From NCBI GenBank assembly GCA_000002445.1, contig CM000207.1, forward strand, positions 1,440,001 through 1,504,000: a DNA stretch of 64,000 nucleotides, written 5' to 3'. Every line of letters starts with the position of its first letter. Within the stretch, counting starts at the first letter, position 1. The stretch comes from Trypanosoma brucei. Lineage: Eukaryota. Positions 53,210 through 63,481 of this stretch are shown one piece after another. The notes beneath the pieces are model-generated. The model worked only from the letters and a program-made list of their open reading frames with translations. It had not been told where the DNA came from and ran no database searches. The translations under genes and the position numbers were made by a program.

Positions 53210-53499
53210 TTAGTGTGCCGTTTGGGCTATTCGCACGTAAACATCAAATAAGAAATACAGCAGCAAAACGGTCAAATACATGAAGCAAACTAAGGGTACC
53301 AACAATGTGACTGCAAGCACGGCCCTCCGTATATTGGGTAAAGGGTAGTTAGAGCACTTTCGCGCGTTAAAACAAGTTACACGCGATGGGGGAACTTGAA
53401 AAAAGAACATCAAGATTGCGGGGCACGCCCAAGCTCGCCACTCACCGGCAGCAGCTTATTCCCTTCACTACGCGGGCCGACAAGTTGACAACATGCAGA

Positions 53500-54507
53500 T
53501 CAGAAACCCTTGTACAACACTGATACGGTAGATTCCTCGATGTAGACTTCCCCGGTGGATTCATTTCTTACCAGGTCAAATGAAACAACAGCACAATTCT
53601 TTAGTTTTTTTGTCTTTGCCACATGGCGGGACGACGACGGCAAAAAGCGCTTAAAAAAACAACGGAAATATCCGCTGTGACCAACCACTATCACTTCTTT
53701 AAGTGCAGAGTTTCCGGACTCGGCACCGGAGGCAGGCACATAAGGATTGGATTTCACTCCTCCAAACAAATGTTGAACGAACTCATCCATCCGGTCATAA
53801 ACATTCCTTTTGGCAGTTCTGTTACCACCATTTAGGTGGGGGTCAAAGGCGGTACCCAACAGCTGGGGTGTGGCCAATTCCCCCATTTTACACGGAACAA
53901 TCTTTCCAGGCTCGGTGGAGAGGGATTGCGCATCGATATTCCGCGATCCCTCTTGGAGGGACGAGTCCACAACAATTCGTTCGCCCGTGGAAACGATACG
54001 AGGTTGCATGCCGACAAGCGCGGTTTCCATTGCCCGCCGTAGGTTGCTGCAAACAATGAGGGAACAGCTTGCGTCAAAACACACTTGGCCTTTCGCGGAG
54101 CGTACAAAACGGGCCAGCTCTTGTGCCTCTGACCTGCCCTTTTCACTTAAAGGAGAGTCAACGATAACAGAATCGAACGGGTTTGTAAAAAAATAAACGG
54201 CCTCGTTCACCATCGCCTTCACAGCGCGCACAGGCCAAGTTGCATCAAAGCTGTTGAAAAGCGAATTCCACACCGATTGACCGTGTCGGATGAAAACCAA
54301 CCGTATGACACGTTTGGAACCAGACTTTGAGTTAACTTGCACTTGCAAGCAGTTGCTCCCTCGAAATGCCGCCGGGAGGTCATTAGCTGTCGCCATGAAG
54401 AAGAAGCCCTCAAAGTAAGTCACCAATTTCATACGTAGAGCTTGCGCAGCCGGTGCAACTGCAATTGCCACCGCCACCAGCAGTGCAACCACCATCAGAT
54501 AAAACAT
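53500..54507 (-). CDS. histidine phosphatase superfamily (phosphoglycerate-mutase-like) protein, 335 aa
   Basis: N-terminal hydrophobic signal/anchor. RHGQSVWN matches the PGAM-family catalytic RHG[EQ]S.N motif. A downstream VVGHSGYF matches the second catalytic His region. Confidence 0.7.
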   Translation of the reverse strand: MFYLMVVALLVAVAIAVAPAAQALRMKLVTYFEGFFFMATANDLPAAFRGSNCLQVQVNSKSGSKRVIRLVFIRHGQSVWNSLFNSFDATWPVRAVKAMVNEAVYFFTNPFDSVIVDSPLSEKGRSEAQELARFVRSAKGQVCFDASCSLIVCSNLRRAMETALVGMQPRIVSTGERIVVDSSLQEGSRNIDAQSLSTEPGKIVPCKMGELATPQLLGTAFDPHLNGGNRTAKRNVYDRMDEFVQHLFGGVKSNPYVPASGAESGNSALKEVIVVGHSGYFRCFFKRFLPSSSRHVAKTKKLKNCAVVSFDLVRNESTGEVYIEESTVSVLYKGF

Positions 54508-54781
54508 TCGTAGTCGGGTTGCTTTGCCTCTGCTTGACTACTCGCTACGCTAAGTACAGATACATCACAGGAGTCACGATGTCGATAAAGACAATGCAGA
54601 TACAACGGAAGGAGCAGCAGCACTGAAATATACAAATGTAGGCAAACAAAGTACGGGCAAAGAAAAGAGGGAGATATTATCAGTTCAGCAACCGACACCA
54701 AATGGAACGAACCACACATCCACCGGCGGTTCAAGCCGCTTCCATGCAAGGGTCCTGTTTGCACACCGCAGATTTCCCATA

Positions 54782-55459
54782 TTACAGTGCAAATATCATA
54801 TCAGCATCGGACAGCTCCCTATACGCACGACTACGGCCATAAATCGCATCACAGACGGTAGACGCTACCACAGTTATGTCGTACTTACATAACTCAAGTT
54901 CCTTCAGTTTAACATCGGCTTTCTTCACATCCTCGTTACATACGAGATGGAGCTGAGAAGAACGCCGATAGCCCCGTCCACACATAGTTCCATGGGAGTA
55001 CAGCACATCGACTTGCACATTAGACACCGAAACATCCTTAGAACATGTGTATGTTGCCTCCGTATTATTTATAGGGGCACCGGAAGCGTTTAGGCGCTCC
55101 GGAATGGTGTGAATACCATCTCTGTATCGTAACCGCTTGGAGCCAATTTCATCAGCGAGGTGCCATCGGTGCTGGACGCCAAGAAAATTCTCATCCACAA
55201 TGACATTTCCATCCTTATGAAACTGTCGGATCCAACGGCCTGGACACACCTCGTATGTCCAGTAGCCAGTTTTCCATGAAATGCAGCCAGACTGCACTTC
55301 ACTCTCACTGCCACTAGGATTTGTACGAGAAAAAACCTCCACCTCGTACTCGCGGAGCCGCTGCGCCCATTCACATTCCTTCGCAGACACGATTTTTAGT
55401 AGTAAATATAGAGATGCTAAAGTTAAAGCCGCCCGTCCAGCCAACACCGGCTCTGCCAT
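54782..55459 (-). CDS. MRH (mannose-6-phosphate receptor homology) domain ER lectin-like protein
   Basis: Start set at the internal Met that begins a signal peptide (MAEPVLAGRAALTLASLYLLLKIVSA), since the ORF-track start at 55540 adds 27 non-signal residues. MRH-like core: CISWKTGYWTYEVCPGRWIRQFH..., YSHG..CG..RRSSQLHLVCNED, LCKYDITVVASTVC, with the characteristic Cys spacing. Confidence 0.55.
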   Translation of the reverse strand: MAEPVLAGRAALTLASLYLLLKIVSAKECEWAQRLREYEVEVFSRTNPSGSESEVQSGCISWKTGYWTYEVCPGRWIRQFHKDGNVIVDENFLGVQHRWHLADEIGSKRLRYRDGIHTIPERLNASGAPINNTEATYTCSKDVSVSNVQVDVLYSHGTMCGRGYRRSSQLHLVCNEDVKKADVKLKELELCKYDITVVASTVCDAIYGRSRAYRELSDADMIFAL

Positions 55460-56490
55460 GTGCAAACGCTCCGCGCCCCCAGGGACGGCGGATGTCAATG
55501 TACTAGATAAACCACCCAAAGAGGATGGATGCGCAGGCAAACTAAGTAGAGCAAGGAAGGAGTGCCAAAAAATAATGGGAACGACCTGCCGGTTGGTAGA
55601 ATCACAAAAAGAGGTAAAGACAGACGTATAAATTTATATGTGTATGTTATGGATAACACGAACGTCAAGTCTACAATCCCACGGCTTCCCCATCCTTATG
55701 CGGTGTGGCAAACGGTTGCGAACGTTCACAACCAGAGGCGCACACGCAAACATACGCCGTGTCCCCTTCCTTATGTTTCATTTTGCTTTCACCTTATCTC
55801 AGCTTGAAACACAACCCAATAGGAACTAACTATACACGCACGGGGTTGTAAAAAAAAAAACTAATTTTGTACGCACGCATATATATATATATATATATAT
55901 ATACTTCTTAGACGGTAAACGCTGCACCGACAGCCGCACCCCACCTTCCTTCCCATCTCCCGAGCACACATGGTCACCAGAGATAGTCACTAAAGTTCAA
56001 GGGGCTCTTTGCTTGCCACCAAAAACAGACAAACAAATCATGAACCATTTGACGTGGTAGCCTTTCACACGAAGCGGTCCGAGTAGCTTAAATGGATGCA
56101 CTAAACCCTAATCTCACCGAAGCCAGCAACCTTTGCAGTGCGGCGTGGCGGATGGATAATTTTTACACGAGTGTATATATATAAATATATATATTTATAT
56201 GGAAAACCAACGATATATGGTAGGACGAAACTCCTGTTGCCGCAAAAAACTACACGCGCGCAAACACAACGCCACCCACATGCAGAAGGCATACCCCCGC
56301 GCGTACCATTAAAAATAAAAGTTTTCCTTTCTTCACAGTTATGTTCATGCTCACCACCCACACTCTTCTATGGTTTCATTGCGATATCGTTGTCTCCTCC
56401 GTGAAGTATACTGTCCTACCTCGCCTCATCTTGGTAATGACGAAAAGCGAGACACCAACTGAAGATGACACCAAATGAGACAACGTGTGC

Positions 56491-57690
56491 TTAAGCCGCT
56501 GCACGCTTCTTGTATTTTTTCTCAAGCGTCTCCATGAGCTTTGCTGAAGGAGCGTACGGTCCATACGGTGGAATCAGCTCCTTGAATATCATACAATCTT
56601 CCGCCCAATTCGACTGTACCAGGATTAGACCTGGAACCGTCTTCTTCACATGAGCTGCCTCGATCAATATGGGGCACTTTTTTTCACTGTGATCATACAA
56701 CACGTGAGTAGTGGAATTCCTCAGCAGCTCCCCAAGTTTCCCGTGTGAAGATATGATTACTCTTCCTCCGCACGCGACGAGCGCTTTAACAACCAACGGG
56801 TTGGATTCAAGTACAGGTGTCAGAAGGAATTTGATGCCGCTGAAAAGAGCATTGTTCACACGGTTGTTGCGCTGATCACCTTTGAACACTTCTATATCGG
56901 TAGCTCGGTTCCGACCTTCACGGACGTCATCGGAGTGTTCATCTTCCTTCTCCACTAGCCTTCCCTCTCCGGCAGCACTGCAAACAGCTTCGTAGATGTC
57001 TATGTTCGTATATCGTAGTTCTGGTATCTGAAAAGTTGGCGGAAGCTTCATGTTTTCGGGGGAAGTAACCACTTCTCTCGCAGCGATTGCCCCATCAGCT
57101 ACCGCTCTCCCGGCGGCGGCAAGCGTGTATTCCTTGACATTCATAACATAATATGGATGGTGATGGTGCGGAAGGTCCATCCCTTTTACGGTGGGTTGCG
57201 GTACAAGGGGAATGGCGGCCAAATGGAAGAGAGATGGGTGAATCTGGCGCGATTGAAGCAAGCAGTCCAGCATCCACGTGATGGGGACCACAAAAACACC
57301 ACGTCCCGCTTCCACACATTTTCGAACCTTCTCACTTCGTTCGTATCCTGGACGATACACCAACACATTCACTCGACCGAAGTCAAGCTCCACCATGCAC
57401 GTTGCTCCATGCCGCTCAGCCATCCGCCACTCAACGGAGTGACTTTGGTGCTTCACACTACGTGGAATTATGCCGTTGAAGGTTATGGTAAGGTCGGTAA
57501 AGATCTGTGGTACACCGTGACGGTCCATCGGGCGTGCGAAGGAACATATCTTGCAGAAGGCTTCTTCTTTAGGGACCTCCACTGAACAATTTGTGCAAGT
57601 CCATCCACTCGTCGCCACCGTTGAGTCTATCGGGTCGATGACTCGCCGTGCTGCTGATGTTTTCATCTCTCTTGGCTTCGTTACGGGCAT
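56491..57690 (-). CDS. RanBP2-type zinc finger plus tandem BRCT-domain protein (399 aa)
   Basis: WTCTNCSVEVPKEEAFCKICSFARP fits the RanBP2 ZnF (W-x-C-x2-C-x-N-x6-C-x2-C). Two BRCT-like modules: FTDLTITFNG...VEWRMAERHGATCMVELD...VFVVPITWMLDCL, and ALFSGIKFLL...ALVACGGRVIIS...THVLYD...GLILVQSNWAEDCM. Confidence 0.6.
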   Translation of the reverse strand: MPVTKPREMKTSAARRVIDPIDSTVATSGWTCTNCSVEVPKEEAFCKICSFARPMDRHGVPQIFTDLTITFNGIIPRSVKHQSHSVEWRMAERHGATCMVELDFGRVNVLVYRPGYERSEKVRKCVEAGRGVFVVPITWMLDCLLQSRQIHPSLFHLAAIPLVPQPTVKGMDLPHHHHPYYVMNVKEYTLAAAGRAVADGAIAAREVVTSPENMKLPPTFQIPELRYTNIDIYEAVCSAAGEGRLVEKEDEHSDDVREGRNRATDIEVFKGDQRNNRVNNALFSGIKFLLTPVLESNPLVVKALVACGGRVIISSHGKLGELLRNSTTHVLYDHSEKKCPILIEAAHVKKTVPGLILVQSNWAEDCMIFKELIPPYGPYAPSAKLMETLEKKYKKRAAA

Positions 57691-58068
57691 ATTCGGACCC
57701 TCTCGGTTTCAAGGAAAATATTCAACAAGTTAAAAAAAGGTACGAATATTAAGCAGTATCACTCAAAAGGTACGACAACAATGACAAAAAGTTTCCTCCT
57801 TCCCACACTTTGGAAAGGCAGATGTGTGACCAGACGAACAAGCAAATGCACTTGTGTAGGAAGAACTAGTCATAAAGAACATCTACTATAACAAATAACA
57901 TAGGTGAAAACCGAATGTGGTCATTGACATAATTCCCACTTTTCGCAGCAGTGACACAAAGGTCACTCAGATGTTACCTCCTTGTGCAATTAGTTGCCCT
58001 TGCCTTCTAAGTTTAGGCACATCCGTAGATTTCATTCCACAAAGGATGCACAACACGGTAAGGGGTGG

Positions 58069-61000
58069 CTATCGGTGCAGAGGAGGTAACGAGGGAAGTT
58101 CCCGCCCACCCTTCTTCGGCACATCCTCAACACGCACATGCCTGAGCACTCCTGGCGGCATTGGGCGCCATCGCAAAAGTCGTTTGACTGTCTCCCGCTC
58201 CGCTGTCATGAATTCGGTATCCGGCACGGGTGGTACTCCCCGCGGGTACCTCAGCGACTTCGCCCTATTTTCGCGCTCGACTGCCTCCATTGCGGATTGT
58301 CTTCGGGCGCCCACCTCAACGAGATTCTCGACCAAATGCCGTTGTTGTCGACGGAGAGCATCCGCATCAAGACGTTTGACGCGAAGACTTTCTCGCGTTG
58401 ACTCTATATCGCGGAGTAACATTTCCATGGCCTGGTCGTGGGTCGACAGTATAACCTCATCGGCATCAATGCCAACGTTCATCTCATTGATTTCCTCCTC
58501 CTGATGAGTCGTGAGCATACAGCGTTTGATGGGCCGACCGGAGCATAACTCAAGCATCTGCATCTCTGTATGGTACGTCTCAAATCGGAAGGCAACACGG
58601 ATGTCGGAAAGATGCGTCCGCAGGGGGTCATTTCCAAGAGACGAGCTCATATACCAACAATCACCGATCGCCTCTCGCTTAAACGTATAATCAAACCCAC
58701 ACTGAAGCACGGAGTTGCGCGCGATTTCACATAGATCATTCGGGGATAAACCCCACACCCGTGCCGCAACGCTGTATTCTTCGATAAGTGGTTCTTGCGT
58801 CTGGTGAAACATCATCGGATCATCGGTACTAAGTGAAACATTCAGTCCGCGTCTAAAAAATTCTGGGAACGGATTGTTCAAAAACCTCAAAAAAAGCGCG
58901 TTGTTGCTCAGCGGCGAAACGTGCAAACCAATCCGCGAAAGATAGTACAAGTACTGCATAGGAGGATCCTTACGAAGATTGATGCCGTGGCATATGCTAT
59001 TGGCGCAGAGAAACGCCCCATAGAGGTGGCCAACGGATCCAGATTCTCCACAGTGCGGCCGCAGGGCAAATGTCGAAAAGCCACGCGAGGCGCGGAACTC
59101 ATTGAGTGTGCGGATGTTGGCATACAAGTAGTATAGATAGTAGTCGTAGGAGGGATTTTCGACGGACGTCCACGCCCATGGGGATACCACGGTGAAAGGT
59201 GTGTCTATCGTTGCTTCGTTGTCGACAGAATCAAAACCGCTCACATGGTTCAAGAAATTATGCACCAGTGGATGCTGCGACGGGTGCAAAGATGCCTCCC
59301 AAAGCGGCTGGAAGATATTCTGAAGGTACTGGCCGAAACTGCCGATGATATTTTGGGCACGGAACACCTTGTAAACACGTGGAACCTGGATGATCCATTT
59401 GTTGTGTTGTGAAGACATACCGTGTGTAGAGAACCAGAGAGCAAGGCTATCCCATTCCTTGACGTTGGTCCCATAAATCGAGACACGATTCTCAGCATAC
59501 GTATGTCGATCTCTTGAGTATTGAGCAAACACGTCATGAATCAACTCAGCAAAATACCGCCCTTTCATAAAGTTGTCCGTTTTGAGCAGTAGCGAACGCA
59601 TGTCAGGTGATTCAAGAGGATTATATTTATTATTGAAATTGTCAAACCGCTCGAACAATGTGTGGTCCGCCTGAACATTAAGCTGATCAACTGTCAGATT
59701 CGGTGTGATACCGTTGTTCTTAAAGAACTGGGCGAGTGTGAGGATTGTATCGCCCTTCTTAAAGGCGATATCGTCACCACTGTAGACAAGCTTCTTCACT
59801 ACGAAATTCAGAAGTTGTCTACCGGTCATTCCAGCCGCCATGTGAATGTGCGTATCCACCTTAACCGCTTGATAAATGTCTCGGTTTGATGATGTACGCT
59901 CTTCCGTCGTCCCTGCCTCGTTGGCGTGGTTGAGGGCAAGGTGTAGACGAAACTTGTGCTCAAGATTTTCCAACCGTTGGTGCGCAAAGTCCTTCACCTC
60001 TGGGCGTGAACAAATTCCATGAAGTTCAGCCAAATCACTATTAAAGGCCTCCAGTGTGGGAACATGCCGAGGCCACGCGTGGACGACATTCTTTGGGAAC
60101 GAAATGAAAACTGCGTCACTAGCGGCATATGTCCAGTCATCTTCATTGAAACTATCTGTTTTCCTCCGGAAGTCGGCTTCGACTGTACGCTCCGAGGTTG
60201 TTTCCCATGGATTAGGCGGTTCCCATATGTACTTAAAACGCAAATCTAGCGCCCGCGCGACGTGAGGGGCGGCGGCGACCGCTGATTTCACTTCCTTTAG
60301 TGGTCCACTTAGTACCGTACGGGGAAAACGAATGCGCATGTCCAAGACAGTGTCGTATTCCACTTCCTTCACGCGACTCAGGTAGTACCACCGTGAAGGG
60401 CCGGCAACCTCCTGTGGTGACAATTGGTTGAGGCGCAAGTCACGAAGCAAACTATGTTCTAGCTCCCACGATTCTTCACGAAATGCGAGACGCACGTTTG
60501 TCACCTGACTCTTTTCAAACTCGTTACCGTCGACACCCCGATGATACCGCTGCCCAAGCCATTCCTTCTTCCGCTCCGATGGAAAGGAAGACATTATGAC
60601 ACTGTTTCGTGCTAGCTCCGTAACATCTAGGAAACTCAAACGAAATAAATTCATTGCAGTTCCATATTCCTCTATCAATGGCGTCATACTGTGATGAAAG
60701 TAAAGGGGCGCATGTGTACTTATCGCCACCTTGAGGCAGCGGTGTAGAAAGTTAGGAAGGGGATGCTTCTGGTATGGAGTGACACCGCGCACATGATCGT
60801 GAAGGGGACTGACAGTAAGACCAACGCCGTGGAGACCGCAAAGATATTGCAACACGGGGTAATCCATAATTCTCGTGGCTCGCGTAATCACGTCCCCTAG
60901 CAAATATCCAGCCAGAAGCGCGTTCACACAATTCTGGTGAGTGCCACTAATGCGGAGTTGGAAAGTGTTGAGCCCCCTCATTTTTCTAAGATCATTCAGA

Positions 61001-62343
61001 ACCTTCATGTTTGCATAGATGTAATACACGTAATACAATCCATTCGGCTTGTCTTCATAGTTAATATCGCTTGGTACAGGTGATTCCACGTCCAAATCCG
61101 CCTCAACACCGGTAGACACGGCCTCAACTTGAAAGCCACCAAGCTGCTTTAACAGCCAAACAAGAGAGGAATACTTTTGTGTTGATGGTTGTAATGTGGC
61201 CTTGAAGAGCGGCAGAAAAAGGTTATCAAGCTGGTCTTGGATTGTTTTGCATTCAACCGCGTAGTTCACCCCGGAAGGAACCTCGTGCTTCAAACGGAGC
61301 TCCAGGATCCACATATTATTTTTGTAGGGTCCAATGTTCTGCCCATGTAGTGCCTCTGCAATATCGAACAACTCTCCAGGGTAGGTTGCATACACTGGAA
61401 TAGAGTACTCCGTCGCTTGTACATTATATGTCCGCTGTTCCTCCCTCTGCATCCGACGCTGAAGAAAGCGCGCCGTGCAGGAACCCCGAAGGTGAAGAAA
61501 GCTGTACCGCAGTTCCGCACTGAGTGGTTTATTGTCACGTTTACGATCGTCTTTATCATAATTTCCATGATATAATTGCCACCCCAGGCCCTCGACAGTC
61601 AGACGTGTGGGATCCTCCACGCCATTAGCTTGGAACAGTTCCCTCAAAGTGGAGTTGGATCCGTCGCGCAAGCGAATCGGGGCATCAGGGGTGTGGCGAT
61701 ACCAATCTTGGATGAAGTCCAACAGCTCCTGACCATCAGGGAATCGTGACAGGAGAACACAATTATCTACCTTCGTGACGTTGGAAAAGACCCCACCGGC
61801 CTTGCTAAAGCTATGTCTTTCCTCAATATCGGCATTAAGAAGGAAAAACATCCTAGACCGCTCCTGTATAATGTTCAGCCGGTGCGAACAAGCTTTAATG
61901 CATGTTGTATTCCCGACAGTCAGTTTCAGCTGCTGCACATCCTTGACAAACTTTTTCCACGGTTGTGAACACACAATTGACACATCCCTGCAAGAGGCAC
62001 GATAAACACCATCCTCCTGTGAAATAGATACATGCTTCAGATTTGCTGACAAATGTGAGACCTCGTTAGACTTCTTATACTGGGTCCTCATGTCGATGGC
62101 AAGATCGAGACGTTTGTACACCTTGCGCAAATCCACTCCGCCGTCATCTCCGTCGATGACCACCTTGAACATATTTGATTCCTGCAACTGACATTTCACG
62201 TAGTCATTGCGCCCTTCAGTAGTTGCAGTTGGATGCGGTTGCGGTGACTGGCCGAACTGATTCACACTCTGCCATGGCCTAAGAAAAAATGAGCTACGCC
62301 CGGGAGCCAGAGACACACTCATTCTTGCCTCCTCCCCTAACAC
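58069..62343 (-). CDS. AMP deaminase (1424 aa) with an N-terminal degenerate deaminase-like duplicate
   Basis: C-terminal catalytic domain intact: VDTHIH (Zn ligands, + strand 59842-59859), FALRPHCGESG, SLSTDDPMMFHQTQEPLIEEY, ARNSV. An N-terminal region from about aa 350 to 580 aligns to the same domain, but the catalytic residues are replaced: RISGTHQNC for PHCGESG, and AISTHAPLYFHHSMTPLIEEY for SLSTDDP. Confidence 0.9.
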   Translation of the reverse strand: MLGEEARMSVSLAPGRSSFFLRPWQSVNQFGQSPQPHPTATTEGRNDYVKCQLQESNMFKVVIDGDDGGVDLRKVYKRLDLAIDMRTQYKKSNEVSHLSANLKHVSISQEDGVYRASCRDVSIVCSQPWKKFVKDVQQLKLTVGNTTCIKACSHRLNIIQERSRMFFLLNADIEERHSFSKAGGVFSNVTKVDNCVLLSRFPDGQELLDFIQDWYRHTPDAPIRLRDGSNSTLRELFQANGVEDPTRLTVEGLGWQLYHGNYDKDDRKRDNKPLSAELRYSFLHLRGSCTARFLQRRMQREEQRTYNVQATEYSIPVYATYPGELFDIAEALHGQNIGPYKNNMWILELRLKHEVPSGVNYAVECKTIQDQLDNLFLPLFKATLQPSTQKYSSLVWLLKQLGGFQVEAVSTGVEADLDVESPVPSDINYEDKPNGLYYVYYIYANMKVLNDLRKMRGLNTFQLRISGTHQNCVNALLAGYLLGDVITRATRIMDYPVLQYLCGLHGVGLTVSPLHDHVRGVTPYQKHPLPNFLHRCLKVAISTHAPLYFHHSMTPLIEEYGTAMNLFRLSFLDVTELARNSVIMSSFPSERKKEWLGQRYHRGVDGNEFEKSQVTNVRLAFREESWELEHSLLRDLRLNQLSPQEVAGPSRWYYLSRVKEVEYDTVLDMRIRFPRTVLSGPLKEVKSAVAAAPHVARALDLRFKYIWEPPNPWETTSERTVEADFRRKTDSFNEDDWTYAASDAVFISFPKNVVHAWPRHVPTLEAFNSDLAELHGICSRPEVKDFAHQRLENLEHKFRLHLALNHANEAGTTEERTSSNRDIYQAVKVDTHIHMAAGMTGRQLLNFVVKKLVYSGDDIAFKKGDTILTLAQFFKNNGITPNLTVDQLNVQADHTLFERFDNFNNKYNPLESPDMRSLLLKTDNFMKGRYFAELIHDVFAQYSRDRHTYAENRVSIYGTNVKEWDSLALWFSTHGMSSQHNKWIIQVPRVYKVFRAQNIIGSFGQYLQNIFQPLWEASLHPSQHPLVHNFLNHVSGFDSVDNEATIDTPFTVVSPWAWTSVENPSYDYYLYYLYANIRTLNEFRASRGFSTFALRPHCGESGSVGHLYGAFLCANSICHGINLRKDPPMQYLYYLSRIGLHVSPLSNNALFLRFLNNPFPEFFRRGLNVSLSTDDPMMFHQTQEPLIEEYSVAARVWGLSPNDLCEIARNSVLQCGFDYTFKREAIGDCWYMSSSLGNDPLRTHLSDIRVAFRFETYHTEMQMLELCSGRPIKRCMLTTHQEEEINEMNVGIDADEVILSTHDQAMEMLLRDIESTRESLRVKRLDADALRRQQRHLVENLVEVGARRQSAMEAVERENRAKSLRYPRGVPPVPDTEFMTAERETVKRLLRWRPMPPGVLRHVRVEDVPKKGGRELPSLPPLHR

Positions 62344-62797
62344 TCGTTTTCCAGAGGAAGGCGACGTGCAAGGTGCGGAACAAGCAAGTCAGATAGTTCT
62401 CGTAAGATGTGCCTTGTTCTTTTAAGTTCCCGCTGAGCAGACTTGAAAAAAAAAAAGTAAGTGGAGAATGCGATTGGAAACAAGAAAAAAAAACAGTAAA
62501 GTGAGGAAAACAAGAAGTCTGTGACCATCACACGCAATAATAAGGATAGGACGTAACTGTAACCAAGCCCACTCACTGAGGCACAAAAACCCACTGAATT
62601 ACCCTTCGTTGGTATTCAAACGTAATAGGGATATAAAATGATTCTTCCTTCAGCAAAAATATAATGCTATACCCCTCCCCCCCCGCCTCAATGAATATAC
62701 CGGTAACGTGCAAATGACGTCACTTCATGGCCGGCGCTGCTGTTTCTCACTTTTTTTTAATCCACTCGATCGCCATTCACAACCTTCCATTCCGCTT

Positions 62798-63481
62798 CTA
62801 TGGGGCTGTGTCAGCAGGCGCGCCGGCCTCGGGTTTGGCTGACGAAGCCATGCGAAAGTATTTAATTCCCAATAATAAAAGCATAAGACAATGAGCTGTC
62901 CAGAGAGATGCGGATATGATAGCAAGGATAAACACGAGGAAGTTCTTTTCACCAAGCGCCATGATCCATCCGCACCCCCCAAGACCGCTAACCCCAACGG
63001 CCATCCATATGTCGAATATCACACCTAAGGCGAGACCAACGTACCCAAGCCAGCGCCTGGAATTGGCTTCATTTACCACCGATGAGTACACATTGTAATA
63101 CCAAACAACAAACGCTCCAGGAATTCCAACAAGGTACACAAACGACAGACCAAAGTGCATGCCACTCCCGCCGAAAACAAAGCTTAGAAGTGCGATCGAT
63201 ATATTGTAGATAATGATCGCAATGAGGGCAAAGTACATGAAAGCAAGAGTGTACATAAAGCGTTGCGAAGGTACTGGTACCTGTTCCTTGATGTTGTGAT
63301 ACACCAAAGGTTTGATGCACAAAAATTGGGGAGGAAAATTGGGCTCGGGGCCAAGCGGTGATGCGACGTTACCTTGCATTCGGCGTATCTCCTGACGTCG
63401 CTTAGCTAATTCCGCCTCCTTTTCCTCCACCATGGCGAGCGAAAGGTCCGCTGGAATGCCAACAACTGAGTCCGCTGGCAT
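62798..63481 (-). CDS. SCAMP-like (secretory carrier membrane protein) four-TM protein, 227 aa
   Basis: N-terminal coiled/charged region (EKEAELAKRRQEIRRMQ). An NFPP..C.KPLVYHNI motif resembles the SCAMP NPF/CxPxxYxxI region. Four hydrophobic helices with a WYYNVY segment in the TM2-3 loop. Confidence 0.45.
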   Translation of the reverse strand: MPADSVVGIPADLSLAMVEEKEAELAKRRQEIRRMQGNVASPLGPEPNFPPQFLCIKPLVYHNIKEQVPVPSQRFMYTLAFMYFALIAIIIYNISIALLSFVFGGSGMHFGLSFVYLVGIPGAFVVWYYNVYSSVVNEANSRRWLGYVGLALGVIFDIWMAVGVSGLGGCGWIMALGEKNFLVFILAIISASLWTAHCLMLLLLGIKYFRMASSAKPEAGAPADTAP

